DNA of 64,000 bases from Tubulanus polymorphus (taxonomy: Eukaryota > Animalia > Nemertea). The notes under the pieces were generated by a model that was given only the letters and a program-made list of their open reading frames with translations, made no database searches and was not told where the DNA came from. The stretch lies in the NCBI RefSeq assembly GCF_964204645.1, contig NC_134036.1, forward strand, positions 682,001-746,000. The letters run 5' to 3'. Of the stretch, positions 49,086-62,723 are shown piece by piece. Position 1 is the first letter of the stretch. Each line of letters starts with the position of its first letter. Made by a program: the position numbers and the translations under genes.

Positions 49086-49455
49086 GAATGAATGAATGAT
49101 TGAATGAATAAATGATTGCTGAGGTCTGAAAATCAGGGCTATAGATATTTAAATATCTACTATAGACTTATCAATCCTGGTCTCTGATTGGTCCTCTCGT
49201 GTCACATGAGTTGTCTGCTTACCCTAGGGTTGCTGTGATTGGCTAACCCTAGCTCCTAAGTTGGCCAGTTAGGGTTGCTGTGATTGGCCATCCCTAACCC
49301 TAGCTTTGTTAGGGTTACTGTGATTGGCTGGTCACTGATTGGTCAGTGGTGGTCATGTGATCTCAGTGAGTAGTGATCAGGTGTCATACACTACTATACA
49401 CTGCCAGTTGTAAACAGATAATTTAGGGCCCCATTCAACATTCATACAGTTCATA
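49086..49455. repeat. Dispersed repeat of about 360 bp, copy 1
   Basis: Direct homology with 62372-62723; starts with (GAAT)n; several TGATTGG and CCCTAACCCTAG motifs. Confidence 0.8.
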
Positions 49456-49706
49456 AATAGCTTAATTGGGGCTTCAAAAGCTAAACTTTATACAAGAGAA
49501 GTAAATCTAGGAGGGATTTCAGTGAAATTTGGACAAGTTCCAGTAATCAATGGTGGAACCTAGAGTACTGCTTGCTATTTCCTATGATACTTCAAAAGAA
49601 CCCATCATGAAATTGATATCTCAAAAGCAGAAAACACGACCATAAACATCGAATACTTGAATAGAAAAAATACATTATAAACTGTTGTAGATGATGTGAA
49701 ATCCGT

Positions 49707-50157
49707 TAGAAGTAAAGACAATAAGTCAGTTCAGTTCTGAGATCCTCATTTAGAAGTAGAGACAATAAGTCAGTTCAGTTCTGAGATCCTCATTTAGAAG
49801 TAGAGACAATAAGTCAGTTCAGTTCTGAGATCCTCATTTAGAAGTAGAGACAATAAGTCAGTTCAGTTCTGAGATCTCCTCATTTAGAAGTAGAGACAAT
49901 AAGTCAGTTCAGTTCTGAGATCCTCATTTAGAAGTAGAGACAATAAGTCAGTTCAGTTCTGATATCTCCTCATTTAGAAGTAGAGACAATAAGTCAGTTC
50001 AGTTCTGATATCCTCATTTAGAAGCAGACACAATAAGTCAGTTCAGTTCTGAGATCTCTTCATTTAGAAGCAGAGACAATAAGTCAGTTCAGTTCTGATA
50101 TCTCCTCATTTACAAGTAGAGACAATAAGTCAGTTCAGTTCTGATACACTCATCTAA
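49707..50157. repeat. 44/46-bp minisatellite x10
   Basis: TAGAAGTAGAGACAATAAGTCAGTTCAGTTCTGAGATCCTCATT. Confidence 0.93.
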
Positions 50158-50654
50158 AAGCCGTCAGTATACACACATAGATATCATCAGTGGTTTAGTG
50201 TTTATACGAACACTCACTGAGATACATCCATGAGATTATGAATACGTTACGTTAGGGAATACGCTGTATAATACAATAGGAGACGTAATTCTGCGTTCAG
50301 ACCGTTCTCACGAGACGTGAGGATCTTATCTATATAGTTTAACCCCACTTTCTCAGTCTGTTTAACCTCCAGACTGAATTCATCACCTCAACAAACACGC
50401 GTACATAAACGGTTTGATAGTAGTAATAAATAGTGTCCAGTATTTGTTTTATCATCGAAAGGTTAGTTGCGTTAGATCCAATGAACGCTTTGAGAAACTG
50501 CTTTAAGAATGACAGGACCCGGTCCCAGTCCCATTGTTGAGCGGACCCAGGTTCAGTCATCTGAACACGAGGGTAAAGTCGAATAGTTAAATTTGATATA
50601 TTGTTAACCTCATTGAGAACAAGAAGTAACCAATATTAGTTGGTCTCATCCTGA

Positions 50655-50945
50655 AACTGGACGCAGTAACCGGATCGCGGGCTCATCTGAAGCTGGACCC
50701 AGTGACTGGATCACGGGCTGTAAGTGGTTAAAACGAGGACCAGACTGAACCCAGTAACCGGATCACGGGCTGTAATGGGTTAAAACGAGGACCAGACTGA
50801 ACCCAGTACCCGGATCACGGGCTGTAAGGGGTTAAAACGAGGACCAGACTGAACCCAGTAACCGGATCGCGGGCTCATCTGAAGCTGGACCCAGTGACTG
50901 GATCACGGGCTGTAAGGGGTTAAAACGAGGACCAGACTGAACTGA
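50655..50945. repeat. Composite tandem repeat of about 52 and 37 bp units
   Basis: Repeated GGATCACGGGCTGTAAGGGGTTAAAACGAGGACCAGACTGAACCCAGTA. Confidence 0.85.
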
Positions 50946-51481
50946 CTGTTTCTCTGATAGTAAGCAGACATCTCGTCTCATCATCAGTTCAAAGTCGACT
51001 TAACGCAGCGTTCTATCAGTTGTATCAGACCCGGTCTACGGGGAATCAGTAACAGCCTTCAAACAACCAGATTATATATTCCTAACCCTTCATCCGATCA
51101 GTCACAGAGACAGACGCAAGACGAGACAACAATAGACGGCTTGGAAACTGAATCTAATGCGCATTAGTACAAATAGTTGAACATGATACAGAAATACCAC
51201 AATTACATAATTCAAAAAATGTCAGAAAATAACATAATAAGATATCGTGTAAAATCTAGATTTTCAGAGACGTTGGGGCTGGAAAAAACCCTAGGACCGT
51301 TTTGAAATTTGTCAGTTATTACCACGGTAGTTTCTCATTGTTACAGCGGCCGCTTGAAGATTTACCCGCGGGAGTATTTTTACATCAAACCCATCCTATG
51401 AAATCAGAGGACCCTGGATTTTTATCGCATTTAAAAATAGTTTGTCGATGGTCACTATGTAATAACCTAGCAGCTAAAACG

Positions 51482-51565
<84 letters not shown>

Positions 51566-52574
51566 TTTACAAGCTGGCAGCTTCCTGTTTACATTCTGCG
51601 TCGTCGTCGACGCCCGACCCGAGATCGAGTCATCAATTTTCATTATTGTTGTCGTCGGGGACGATGACAAGCGAGCGAGCGCGATACAATCGACAATTTG
51701 ATTGATATTTGGTCGCCGCCGCCGACGGTGTAGCGTCGCAGCGGTACTGCTGGCGACGAAGGTCTGCGCTCGGTAACCGCGGCGATATCGCGACTTTTTG
51801 TCCCCGTCGTCGATGATCGATCGAAAACTAAATCGAATTCATTTAATCGCGTAAAATAAAAGTTGCGTCTCTTTTTTTCCATTTGGCTGATTTTCAGTTC
51901 GTCTCATTGTGTTTCAGGTGAATATAAAACCCAGGTTCCCGATCCGGGGTCCGAGTTCTAAAGTGGTAATTAGTGCGTTTCAAACTCTTATCAATCAAAT
52001 CTTTATTGAGAACAAATAAAACTGGATCGAAAATAATTTGTACCCTTTTAACTGATATCCGGGTTAACATCAGGCCCTCCCTCTCCCTCTGCCTCTCACC
52101 TTTACCTCTGTCTTCCTGTCCCTCTACCATTTCCTGTCCCCTGCCTCTGCCTCCCAGTTCCTGTGATGTCATGGGGTATAAAAATTTACATCGAATTTCT
52201 ACCGACTCCAACAACGAAGGGAGTCAGATTTTAAATCCTGTCTAATGTCATATAGAGGATGGAGAAAAGGCTGGCACAGGTATTGAGTCCCCTGCCTCGA
52301 TACCCTCGGCGAGTCTCTAGGATTCAAACCATGTTCCAACATCAAGAACTCTCCTGACACGGCCGCGATGGTTCTCCACGAGGATTCTTACACTTCAGGT
52401 CACATACAGCTGGCCGTCGTACTGTCTGACCCTACAGTTCTACACAGTGAGAACTGAATCAATAATTACTGGAATTCATAAAACACTTAGAACCGCACAA
52501 ACTAATAATATCCTGTAGCCCGAAGCTGATGATAATATTTTTACATCAGTCATTAAAATTCTGAGTCACCACCG

Positions 52575-52795
<221 letters not shown>

Positions 52796-53972
52796 GCTAT
52801 CAGTACTATGCTGCATCAACCTGACACATAGTTATTTATACGTCTGCCCCAAAATCATAAAAGTCTCGCGTAAAACCTGCAAATCATACAAATCATGATA
52901 ATGAAAGTGACACGCGCGTCTAGCGATGGGACAGGTATTCGTATCGCCGTGGCGCCAGCTCAAACATTCAAACTAATCTGTTTCCTATTGTTGCGATGAT
53001 TTATGAGTTAAATGTGTCACCGTCTACGACGAGCGGGACCTCGACAACAAAATACACAATCGTTCCGTACAAGATGTAACGAGATGTAATCGCTGTTAAA
53101 AGCTCTTCATCCGTCGTATGAACAAACTATTAATCGCATTTAATGAGTTTAAAATGGATTTCACTAATGAGAGGAATCACGATAAATTGTGCAAACGCGA
53201 TCCGGGGTCTGACTCAATCTGGGGGTCAGACTCAACCTGGGGTCGGACTCTATCCGGGGTCAGACTCAATATGGGGTCAGATTCTGGGGTCAGACTCTAG
53301 TGGCGGTCAACCTGCCAGGTTGTGGAGGTGACCTTTCTACTCGTAACAGGGAAACATTAAGCGCTCAATTCAGTTTCATAATTAGACGAGAATAAATTGC
53401 GCGATGTTCATAACGATATATCGAACAAAAATTAACGAATAACAAACAGTTTTTTTATATTTCAGTCTCTTTGTTGTCTGTCCCCTCTCAAGAGAACAAT
53501 AGAAATCACACTCCGTTCTAAAAACATTTACTCGAATCCTGATAATTTACGATCGTCAATTTCCGATTACAAATTTTGCGCGCGTCGGTTGCCGTCGTCG
53601 ACGATGAGACAAATGACCGAGGAGCGAGTGATTAACTCGCGCACGCGCTCATTAAATCAAATCGCGTTGTCGTCGTGGCGATAACCGAACGTACGTTAAT
53701 GACGTTTCGGGATATGTACGGCGCCGGTCGTCGTCGTCGTCGGTTACTATGAGTCAGTCCTCGACGACCCGTCGCCGCGGAGCCAGTCATCGAACATCAG
53801 TATCGACGCAGCGGATGATTTTAATCGGGACGTCGGCGTCGACGTGTCTGCGTCCTCGCCGCGGCCCGAACTCCGCTGCCGTATTATCAATAGATTATTC
53901 ATATATGTTTAAGATTGATCGCTTTAAGAGTTTCATCGATAGAAACACGATGATCATTTCTTACTCCAGGAT

Positions 53973-54402
53973 TCGGAAACAAAATGGCGGCTTTTTAAAC
54001 CACAGTCAATTAGAGTTTAGCATCTACAGGGTTAGAGTTAAGGTCGGGATTAGGTTCAGGGCCCAGTTTCACGAAAAACCTATCAGATCACTTTAAGAGT
54101 TTCGTTGTTGATGATCGTTTCTTGTTCCCGCGCATCGGAAACAAAATGGCGGCTTTTTCAACCACAGTGAATTAGAGTTTAGCATCTACAGGGTTAGAGT
54201 TAAGTTCGGGATTAGGTTCAGGACCCAGTTTCACGAAAAACCTATCAGATCACTTTAAGAGTTTCATTGTTGATGATCGTTTCTTGTTCCCGCGCATCGG
54301 AAACAAAATGGCGGCTTTTTCAACCACAGTGAATTAGAGTTTAGCATCTAAAGGGATAGAGTTAAGTTCGGGATTAGGTTCAGGGCCCAGTTTCATGAAA
54401 AA
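53973..54402. repeat. 162-bp tandem repeat, about 2.6 copies
   Basis: Units start 53973, 54135, 54297; each has AAAATGGCGG and a GGCCCAGTTTCA-like MITE end. Confidence 0.9.
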
Positions 54403-56679
54403 CTTAAACTAAAATTTTTCACTAGTATCTTCATGTTTTCAATGATGACAATAATTCAAACTCAACCGTTTTTGGCTCAAACTCATGAAACTGAACTTAG
54501 GAATTGTAATTAGGGTAGGTAAGGGTAATAGTAGTAAAAATGTATGAAGCCGGGATCTGAAGTACGAATCAGAGCGCCGAACTGTGGGTTTGAATCCTAA
54601 TTTTCAAGGTTATCACGTTTTAGAAAAGATTCCTCTCCTTTGTTACGATTACAATAAATCAATCACCGAAAGAGTGACCCCTAGAAAGAACTTTATATGT
54701 GAATCCATCCAGAGATGTTGAATTCACGATGAATGGAAATAATTTCAATTTTGCTCAAATCAATTTGTAACACATCAGAGGGGAGGGGAGGGGGAGGGGG
54801 TGTCGGAGTGGAGAATGGCGTTAATTGGATCAGAATCGTCAAGGGATATCAACAGTGAAAACCAATTAAACAAATGCATAAAAAAACAATCATATCACCT
54901 ATCAGGGTTATCTTTTTTACCAAAGATCAAATCAAAATTTAGTTTCACATATTTTTGTTGCTCAGTTTAAAGAAAAACCTATATAGGATTGATAGCAAAA
55001 ATACTAATAATGAAATTCAAGTCACTTCAACTGAAAATCCTTACTTCAAATAACATTTGAAAGACACCGAAGATTGTCTACGATAATCCTTCCTTACAAT
55101 AGCGTTTGAAAGACACAAAAGAATGAGAATTGGAAGAATGATTTCTTTTTTTCAGAAGAGCGTTTCGTTTCGGAATCAAATAGTGTTATCTCAGCTGCAC
55201 AACAGCAGAAACAATGACTTCACGTACAAGAGAAGTATTATCATGGGTTTTGTGCCGATAGTGAAATCGGACCCTGAAGCCATTCAGTCCGGTGTCAAAC
55301 AGCGATAACATAATCATTAGTCGTTACTCGGTTAACCATGCCGACTAAATGACCTTTCTCTTACATGAACTGAATGTCAGTCGCTGGTATCTATTTCCTA
55401 CAATCTCTTAATGAACTCACTGACCATGATGTCTTCATATAAACACTGTATCTCAGCGCAGCGCCGATAAACTGTGATTTATCGATGATTCATTGTCTCA
55501 ATTACTAAACAATGTGAACCCATTCCAGCAGTAATCAGTGTTTGAATAATAAATTACACCAATGCACACTAAATACCAGCCGTACCACGAACAGGAACAG
55601 GAACAGTCTGTGCATATAGAAGAGCTGATTGAAGGGAGGTAATGTCACAAAGCAATGACAATCCTGATAAAAGGCAGCATATTGACATGGTACCTTGCTG
55701 CAGTGACCGTTTTCAGAGCGGCCCGCTTTAAATATCCCGCAGTCCAGAATGGATAATACCTCTCTGCTTTAAACTAATACCTGACATTTTAAGGACAATA
55801 ACTAATACAACCATTTCTATTTTACAGTGACAATTTTTATCACTTGTAACAGGCCCTTGCCACCTCCAGGTGTTCTATTGATACAGTACAGAACCATACA
55901 AACCCTAGTTCCGTTTTATGGCGACGATTTTGGTCTCTTCTAAAAGGACCTTAAACCATAGACGCCCAGCTGTTTTATTTCCCCTTGAAACTGGACCTCA
56001 AACCTTAAATTTTTGTTACCATAAAACAGTACCTTAAATCCTGCAGCCCTCAGCCATTTCATCGTGACAATTTCTGGTGTTTGTAGCTTATTCTAAATAA
56101 AGAATGTATCGGACAAAGTCCTGAACACATGTGACGTGAGGACGATCAAATATTGAAGGAATGTTGATCAAGTATCAAACGTCTAAAGGTACAGGATCCG
56201 TGTTTCAGATTGACTTGTAAGTTTCAATAATCTTTGCGGCACTTTTTAACGTAACCGGCTCCAAGAAAATTGATTTCAATTTCGATAATGTGTTTCGGCG
56301 AATCGGGTTTGCGCAGTCCGATACGGATCAGATTTGAAATATTCATCACGATTATGAAATTCGACACTTTCTCGCGCACTTTCCGCCCGAGGTGCTCTCT
56401 ACGGACTTATCGGCTGATTAATTGACTTATAGTAACTATGGTAACGGATAGTACCCAGGTTGACCATCGATACCCGTGGGAATCACCGGGGAATCGGAAG
56501 GAATCGAGAGAATCTCCGATCAGTCGTTTGCTACTGATTGAGTCTAATTGCTTTTCACTGATATCTATGAAACAGAGTATAACACCCAGACAGTACTGGG
56601 TCAACTCTCGTCAGGATTCAAACCATCAATTGTAGTACTATATATATATATTTTCCATAGTTCAACACTGCCCCCCCCT

Positions 56680-57475
56680 TGACAATTGATAGCTCTCCAC
56701 AACCCCCCCCCCCCCAATTTGATAGTTTGAATCCTGACAGTGACAGAGTTTCTTTCTGTAGTTCTTCTCTGAGTTCTCCACCCCCGACAATTGATAGTTT
56801 GAATCCTGACAGTGACAGAGTTTCTTTCTGTAGTTCTTCTCTGAGCTCTCCACCCCCGACAATTGATAGTTTGAATCCTGACAGTGACAGAGTTTCTTTC
56901 TGTAGTTCTTCTCTGAGCTCTCCACCCCGACAATTGATAGTTTGAATACTGACAGTGACAGAGTTTCTTTCTGTAGTTCTTCTCTGAGCTCTCCACCCCC
57001 GACAATTGGTAGTTTGAATCCTGACAGTGACAGAGTTTCTTTCTGTAGTTCTTCTCTGGGCTCTCCACCCCCGACAATTGGTAGTTTGAATCCTGACAGT
57101 GACAGAGTTTCTTTCTGTAGTTCTTCTCTGGGCTCTCCACCCCCGACAATTGATAGTTTGAATCCTGACAGTGACCGAGTTTCTTTCTGTAGTTCTTCTC
57201 TGAGCTCTCCACCCCCGACAATTGATAGTTTGAATCCTGACAGTGACACAGTTTCTTTATGTAGTTTTTCTCTGAGCTCTCCAGCCCCGACAATTGATAG
57301 TTTGAATCCTGCCAGTGACAGAGTTTCTTTCTGTAGTTCATCTCATAGCTCTCCACCCCCGACAATTGACATTTTGAATCCTGCCAGTGACAGAGTTTCT
57401 TTCTGTAGTTCATCTCATAGCTCTCCACCCCCGACAATTGACATTTTGAATCCTGACAGTGACAGAGTTTCTCTC
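56680..57475. repeat. 66-bp minisatellite, about 12 copies (also 60523-60770; inverted at 63527-63765)
   Basis: CAATTGATAGTTTGAATCCTGACAGTGACAGAGTTTCTTTCTGTAGTTCTTCTCTGAGCTCTCCACCCCCGA-type unit; 22-aa periodic ORFs. Confidence 0.94.
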
Positions 57476-58635
57476 CACAGGTTTTTGAAGAACCGATGAA
57501 ATCTCAAGACAATTCTCTACCTTATTTTCCTCACTCAATTAATGTCTATATTGATTATAGAAGGTCAAGGTCTGTTTGTATGGAATGCAGTTTTTCTAAT
57601 GATGGTGGTGTTAAACAAGGTGTATCAGTTTACCACCATGATTAGGTAAATATCGCACCACCACCGCTGCTGCTGCTGCTGGTTCAGAAGCACAGTATAT
57701 TCAATACAGCTTATTTCAATGATCGCGGCTTATTATCAATCGAACACATTACATCGAAATCAACTGAAACCACAATTACCCAACAACTCCGGCGAGAGAG
57801 GGGCGAGAGAGAGGGACGCGCAGCTTTTAATAACTGTACTCGATAAACTCCGATTGAATCGAATGATTCTATACCTGATAACCTTACAGCTTCTACCCCA
57901 CTCAAACAGCCACCGGTACAAACTCGAAACCGTTCCGGGAACTATTCCAAAAATCTTTCATTAAAATTCCACGCCTTATTACAACGTGTTGCTATAGTAG
58001 CCAGACTTGCCCGACTTTTTCGGATCAAGTTCCACAGTTGCAGAGTTAAAAGTTGGACTCTAAAAACATTGAAAATTGACTGATTCTTACTAAAAAAGTT
58101 AACTCCAAAAATAAGTCTCAAAGGTTTGGTGCCTAAACAACTCAAAAGATGGATCTCAATTCAGGATCTCATTTTCACAGTTCTACTTGATAATTCGAAA
58201 TAAACACCCTATAATAATTGACATATAGATGATAGGTTTCTGAATTCCTTTTATTCTAACTTGAAACTAAACATTTGAAGATATTCATAAGATTTGAATT
58301 CGCTGGTAACTAAAATGATGTCCAAGGATATAGAATAACTTATAGAAATTTGTATAAACGTTATTATATTGTTATCGGTATTCTTCAGTTCTTCTATTGC
58401 CAGTTAAAATTGAGAAACAAATTATAAAACTGCCGAGATTGATAAATAGCTCACAGACCGGCGCTGCTATTTATTTTACAAATCTACGGGGCTTTAACCT
58501 CGGTAATCCGTTCTAAAGGATGACCTTCGAATAGAAATATCCTTTAATCCTAGTCTCAGTCAAAATGAGATTAGATTATAATTGCTTGTTGTCGTAGTAT
58601 ATAGATGAACTTAATCAGGCATTCGAGAGACAGCA

Positions 58636-59220
58636 GAGGAAGAGAGAGGGAGGGGAGAGCCAGGAGAGGGAAAGAGCCAGGAGAGGGAGAGAGCCAGGAG
58701 AGAGGGAGAGCCAGGAGAGAGAGAGAGAGAGAGAGCCAGGAGAGAGGGAGAGCCAGGAGAGAGGGAGAGCCAGGAGAGGGAGAGCCAGGAGAGAGGGAGA
58801 GCCAGGAGAAAGGGAGAGGGAGAGAGAGAGCCAGGAGAGGAAGAGCCAGGAGAGGGAGAGAGCCAGGAGAGAGGGAGAGCCAGGAGAGAGGGAGAGCCAG
58901 GAGAGGGAGAGAGCCAGGAGAGAGGGAGAGAGAGAGGGAGGGGAGCCAGGAGAGGGAGAGAGCCAGGAGAGAGGGAGAGAGCCAGGAGAGAGGGAGAGCC
59001 AGGAGAGAGGGAGAGCCAGGAGAGAGGGAGAGCCAGGAGAGAGGGAGAGCCAGGAGAGGGAGAGAGCCAGGAGAGAGGGAGAGAGAGAGGGAGGGGAGCC
59101 AGGAGAGGGAGAGAGCCAGGAGAGAGGGAGAGCCAGGAGAGAGGGAGAGCCAGGAGAGAGGGAGAGCCAGGAGAGAGGGAGAGCCAGGAGAGAGGGAGAG
59201 AGCCAGGAGAGGGAGAGGAG
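58636..59220. repeat. Purine-rich GAGCCAGGAGAGAGGGA minisatellite
   Basis: About 17-bp degenerate units. Other GA tracts at 2087-2220, 5410-5690, 6915-7262, 10860-11190, 44755-45135. Confidence 0.93.
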
Positions 59221-62200
59221 GCAACAGGGTTAGAGGCAGTAGGGGGGGGGTTGATACAACAGTTCATTTTACTCTCTTTATTTCCATCTATACAAAAAAG
59301 CGAGGAGTGAACAAGAGTGATCTGTATCAATTTTCCTCTGTATTGACGTCAAATCAATATCTATTTATTGACATTAATCCGTCGTACTCAAAGCATTGAA
59401 CAGTTTATCAGTATTATTTATCTATGTCGGGATTCCAATAAAATCCGCAAAAATCTCCAGCAAATTGATAAAGCTCATATATTCTCTTCACATATCCAAG
59501 AAATAAACATGTTTGATATTATCATCAGACACCGGCCCGAAATCTGCCCTGTTCCCAATTTTGACGGATGATCTTGCCCACCCACTTTCCGGGGGCACCT
59601 TATAACAGTTTCAGTATTGTATGTTGTATGTGTTGGTTATAGTTACGTAATGAATGAAATATATCTGATACTGATGTTTACTTCACCTATAAACTGATCA
59701 ATACTCTTCTCTCTCTCTCTCTCTCTATATCCATCTAATATTTATAGTTATTCCTAACATCCGATGTATTTAATGAACAGTCTATTTCAGGAGTGAAAGT
59801 CAACGCGAATAAACACATGTAATAACTACCATTACAGTCAGTGTTTAGACCACAGAGCGTTTACTATGAAGACCAATTTATAGTTTCAATTCTGAACCCA
59901 GTTCCACAGTTGTGTGTTGGGTTTGATTTGACTCAGGACTCATTTCCACAGTTGTATGGATTTAATATGATTCTGAAGCCAGTTCCCAGTTGTGTGATGG
60001 GTTCAATCTAATTCTGAACCCAGTTCCACATTTGTGTGATGGGTTTGATTTGACTCTGAACCCAGTTACACAATTGTGTAGGTTTAATCTAACTCTGAAC
60101 CGAGTTCCACAGTTGTGTAGGTTTAATCTAACTCTGAAGCCAGTTCCACAGTTGTGTGATGGGTTTAATCTAACTATGAACTGAGTTCCACAATAACAGT
60201 AGCTGTGTCTAGTATATGAAACTGGTGTCTAATAAGAGTCAATAGTTTTTATCAGTCAATATTCATAAAGCTGTAGACATTGATGACCTTGAGAAGATGA
60301 TGTTATATTAATAAATGAATCAGTTTACTCAGTATCTGTCCCAGCTCAATGATCAGTATCTACTCAAATCAATCATTTCTCATTATGACGCGCCATCTTT
60401 ACAGAGGCTAAAGATATTGGTTTGGATTCTTACAATGACAATAAACGGCTTTGAAGTTGAGTACTTAATAGACAAGAATGTCCCCCCCCTCCGAATACAG
60501 TTCTTCCCTAATATAAGCTCCATCAATTGATAGTTTGAATCCTGACAGTGACAGAGTTTCTTTCTGTAGTTCTTCTCCGAGCTCTCCACCCCCGACAATT
60601 GATAGTTTGAATCCTGACAGGGACAGAGTTTCTTTCTGTAGTTCTTCTCTGAGCTCTCCACCCCCGACAATTGATAGTTTGAATCCTGACAGTGACAGAG
60701 TTTCTTTCTGTAGTTCTTCTCCGAGCTCTCCACCCCCGACAATTGATAGTTTGAATCCTGACAGCGACAGAATTTCATGTTTGCACTCGTCACTAATTGA
60801 TAGAAAAGGAAATTCTTTTCTCGCGAGATTTTCGCAGATTTAGCGGCTTCGAATATTTGAACGAAGCCGACGGAATTCTCGTTTAATCCTCGTCAATTAG
60901 CTCGTTGCCATGGCGAAAAAAAATACCGCCAAACGTCTATAACCGTAGAGCACATCTGAGTTAACACGACGACGACAGACGACAATGCGAGAAATGTTTA
61001 ATCGCGGCGACAGAAATTCGTCTGGTGAAAGTTTCGATCTCTCGTCAGAACGTCTGTAACTATAAATCGAGTTAGAGTTGCTCAGGGCGCGAGCGAGAGA
61101 ACTCGCGAGAGAACTCGCGAGAGAACTCGCGAGAGAACTCGCGAGAGAACATCGGAATATTTTCGCGTTGTATCGATCATTCTTTACAACAATGTCATTC
61201 GTTTTTCTTGTTTTTTCAAAAAATCCGACGCAAACTGAATTGTGTTCGACGAGAGACGATTATCGAACGACACGAAATTGAAGCAAGCTGTCGTAGTGGA
61301 GTCAGAGAAAATACAAAAAAAATATTACTATTTGAAAATACTATAAGCTACTGTATAAAGCTACCTATACAGAAAGGCAATACAAGAAGCAAATTTAGGA
61401 TATGGTAAAGATGTTATGCACAGTGAAGGGTCCAGAGGCTGATCTTAAAGGACTTGTCACATCCCAAATGGCACTTCGATGTACAAAGGCAATATTAAGA
61501 TGACTGAAATGCGCAATTTTTTTTTTTTTTTTTTTTGACAAAATGAAACAACATAAAAACATTTGATGGACTTAAGTACAAGTCTCTCATAAGTCACTCT
61601 AGATGCATTAGAAATAATTCAAAATCCAAATAAATTTATCTAAAATTTTTGAAGTAGAGACAGCATTCAAATGAATTACTGGACCAAGGATTATACAAAT
61701 TAAGACCAGTCTAGGATCATATCATATTTGTTCAAGTTCAGTCTAAGCTCATTTTGAACCTAAAAATCTCAACTCATTTTCGCCCACGTGACTGCGCTCC
61801 GTCGTGACACTTCCAGTTGCCGTCGGTGACAATTATTGGTGGCGAATTGTTACCACGGTGACGATGAGATAAAACTGCCGGGCAGAAGTGGACGATTTCG
61901 CGTCTCGTAAAAACACCTCCGAGGGGGGTCGGTAAAAACATCGCATCAGGGGAGGGGGGATAATCGTGCAGTAACCACGGAAACTAAAATCCTGCGTAAT
62001 GCGATGGGTTGATACGGGAACAAACGATAAAAGGGTCTCGCTACGGAGAGAGCGATGACCATGGAAATAATGGGAACACTTTGATGTTTCGTCTGAGAGC
62101 CGTTGATAAAACAACTTAACTACGTTCGACATTGTGTGATAAATATGTTGCCTGTAATTTATGGATGAGTGTTGTTTAAAATAGAGGACTGCAGCTTAGC

Positions 62201-62371
62201 GACTGATTGCTGGCCGCAAACAGTGACATTCATTATACAGCCTGAAACATTCCTGACACTAGATTTTCACCTAAGAAAAGGGGGTAGAATTTTAAAAACC
62301 CTGGGCCTGGTATTAACCTTAACCCTCAAACTAACCAAATTCATTTCCATTTCTATATAGATATCTATTAG

Positions 62372-62723
62372 AATGAATGAATGAATGAATGAATATGAAT
62401 GAATGAATGAATAAATGATTGCTGAGGCCTGGAAATCAGGTCTATAGATATTTAAATTTTTACTATAGACTTATCAGTCCTGGTCTCTGATTGGTCCTCT
62501 CATGTCACATGATGACCTAGTGGTCTGCTAGAGTTTCTGTGATTGGCTAACCCTAACCCTAGGTCTCATGTTGGCCAGAGTGGTTTGCTAGGGTTGCTGT
62601 GATTGGCTGGTCACTGATTGGTCATGTGACCTCAGTGAGTAGTGATCAGGTGTCATACACTACTATATACTGTCAGTTGTAAACATATCATTTAGGGCCC
62701 CATTCAACATTCATACAGTTCAT
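62372..62723. repeat. Dispersed repeat of about 360 bp, copy 2
   Basis: Homologous to 49086-49455. Confidence 0.8.

Noticed and set aside
56601-59399. Long ORFs of 185-278 aa on both strands
   Set aside because: Translations of the 66-bp and GA-rich tandem repeats; open in several frames with no domain signal.
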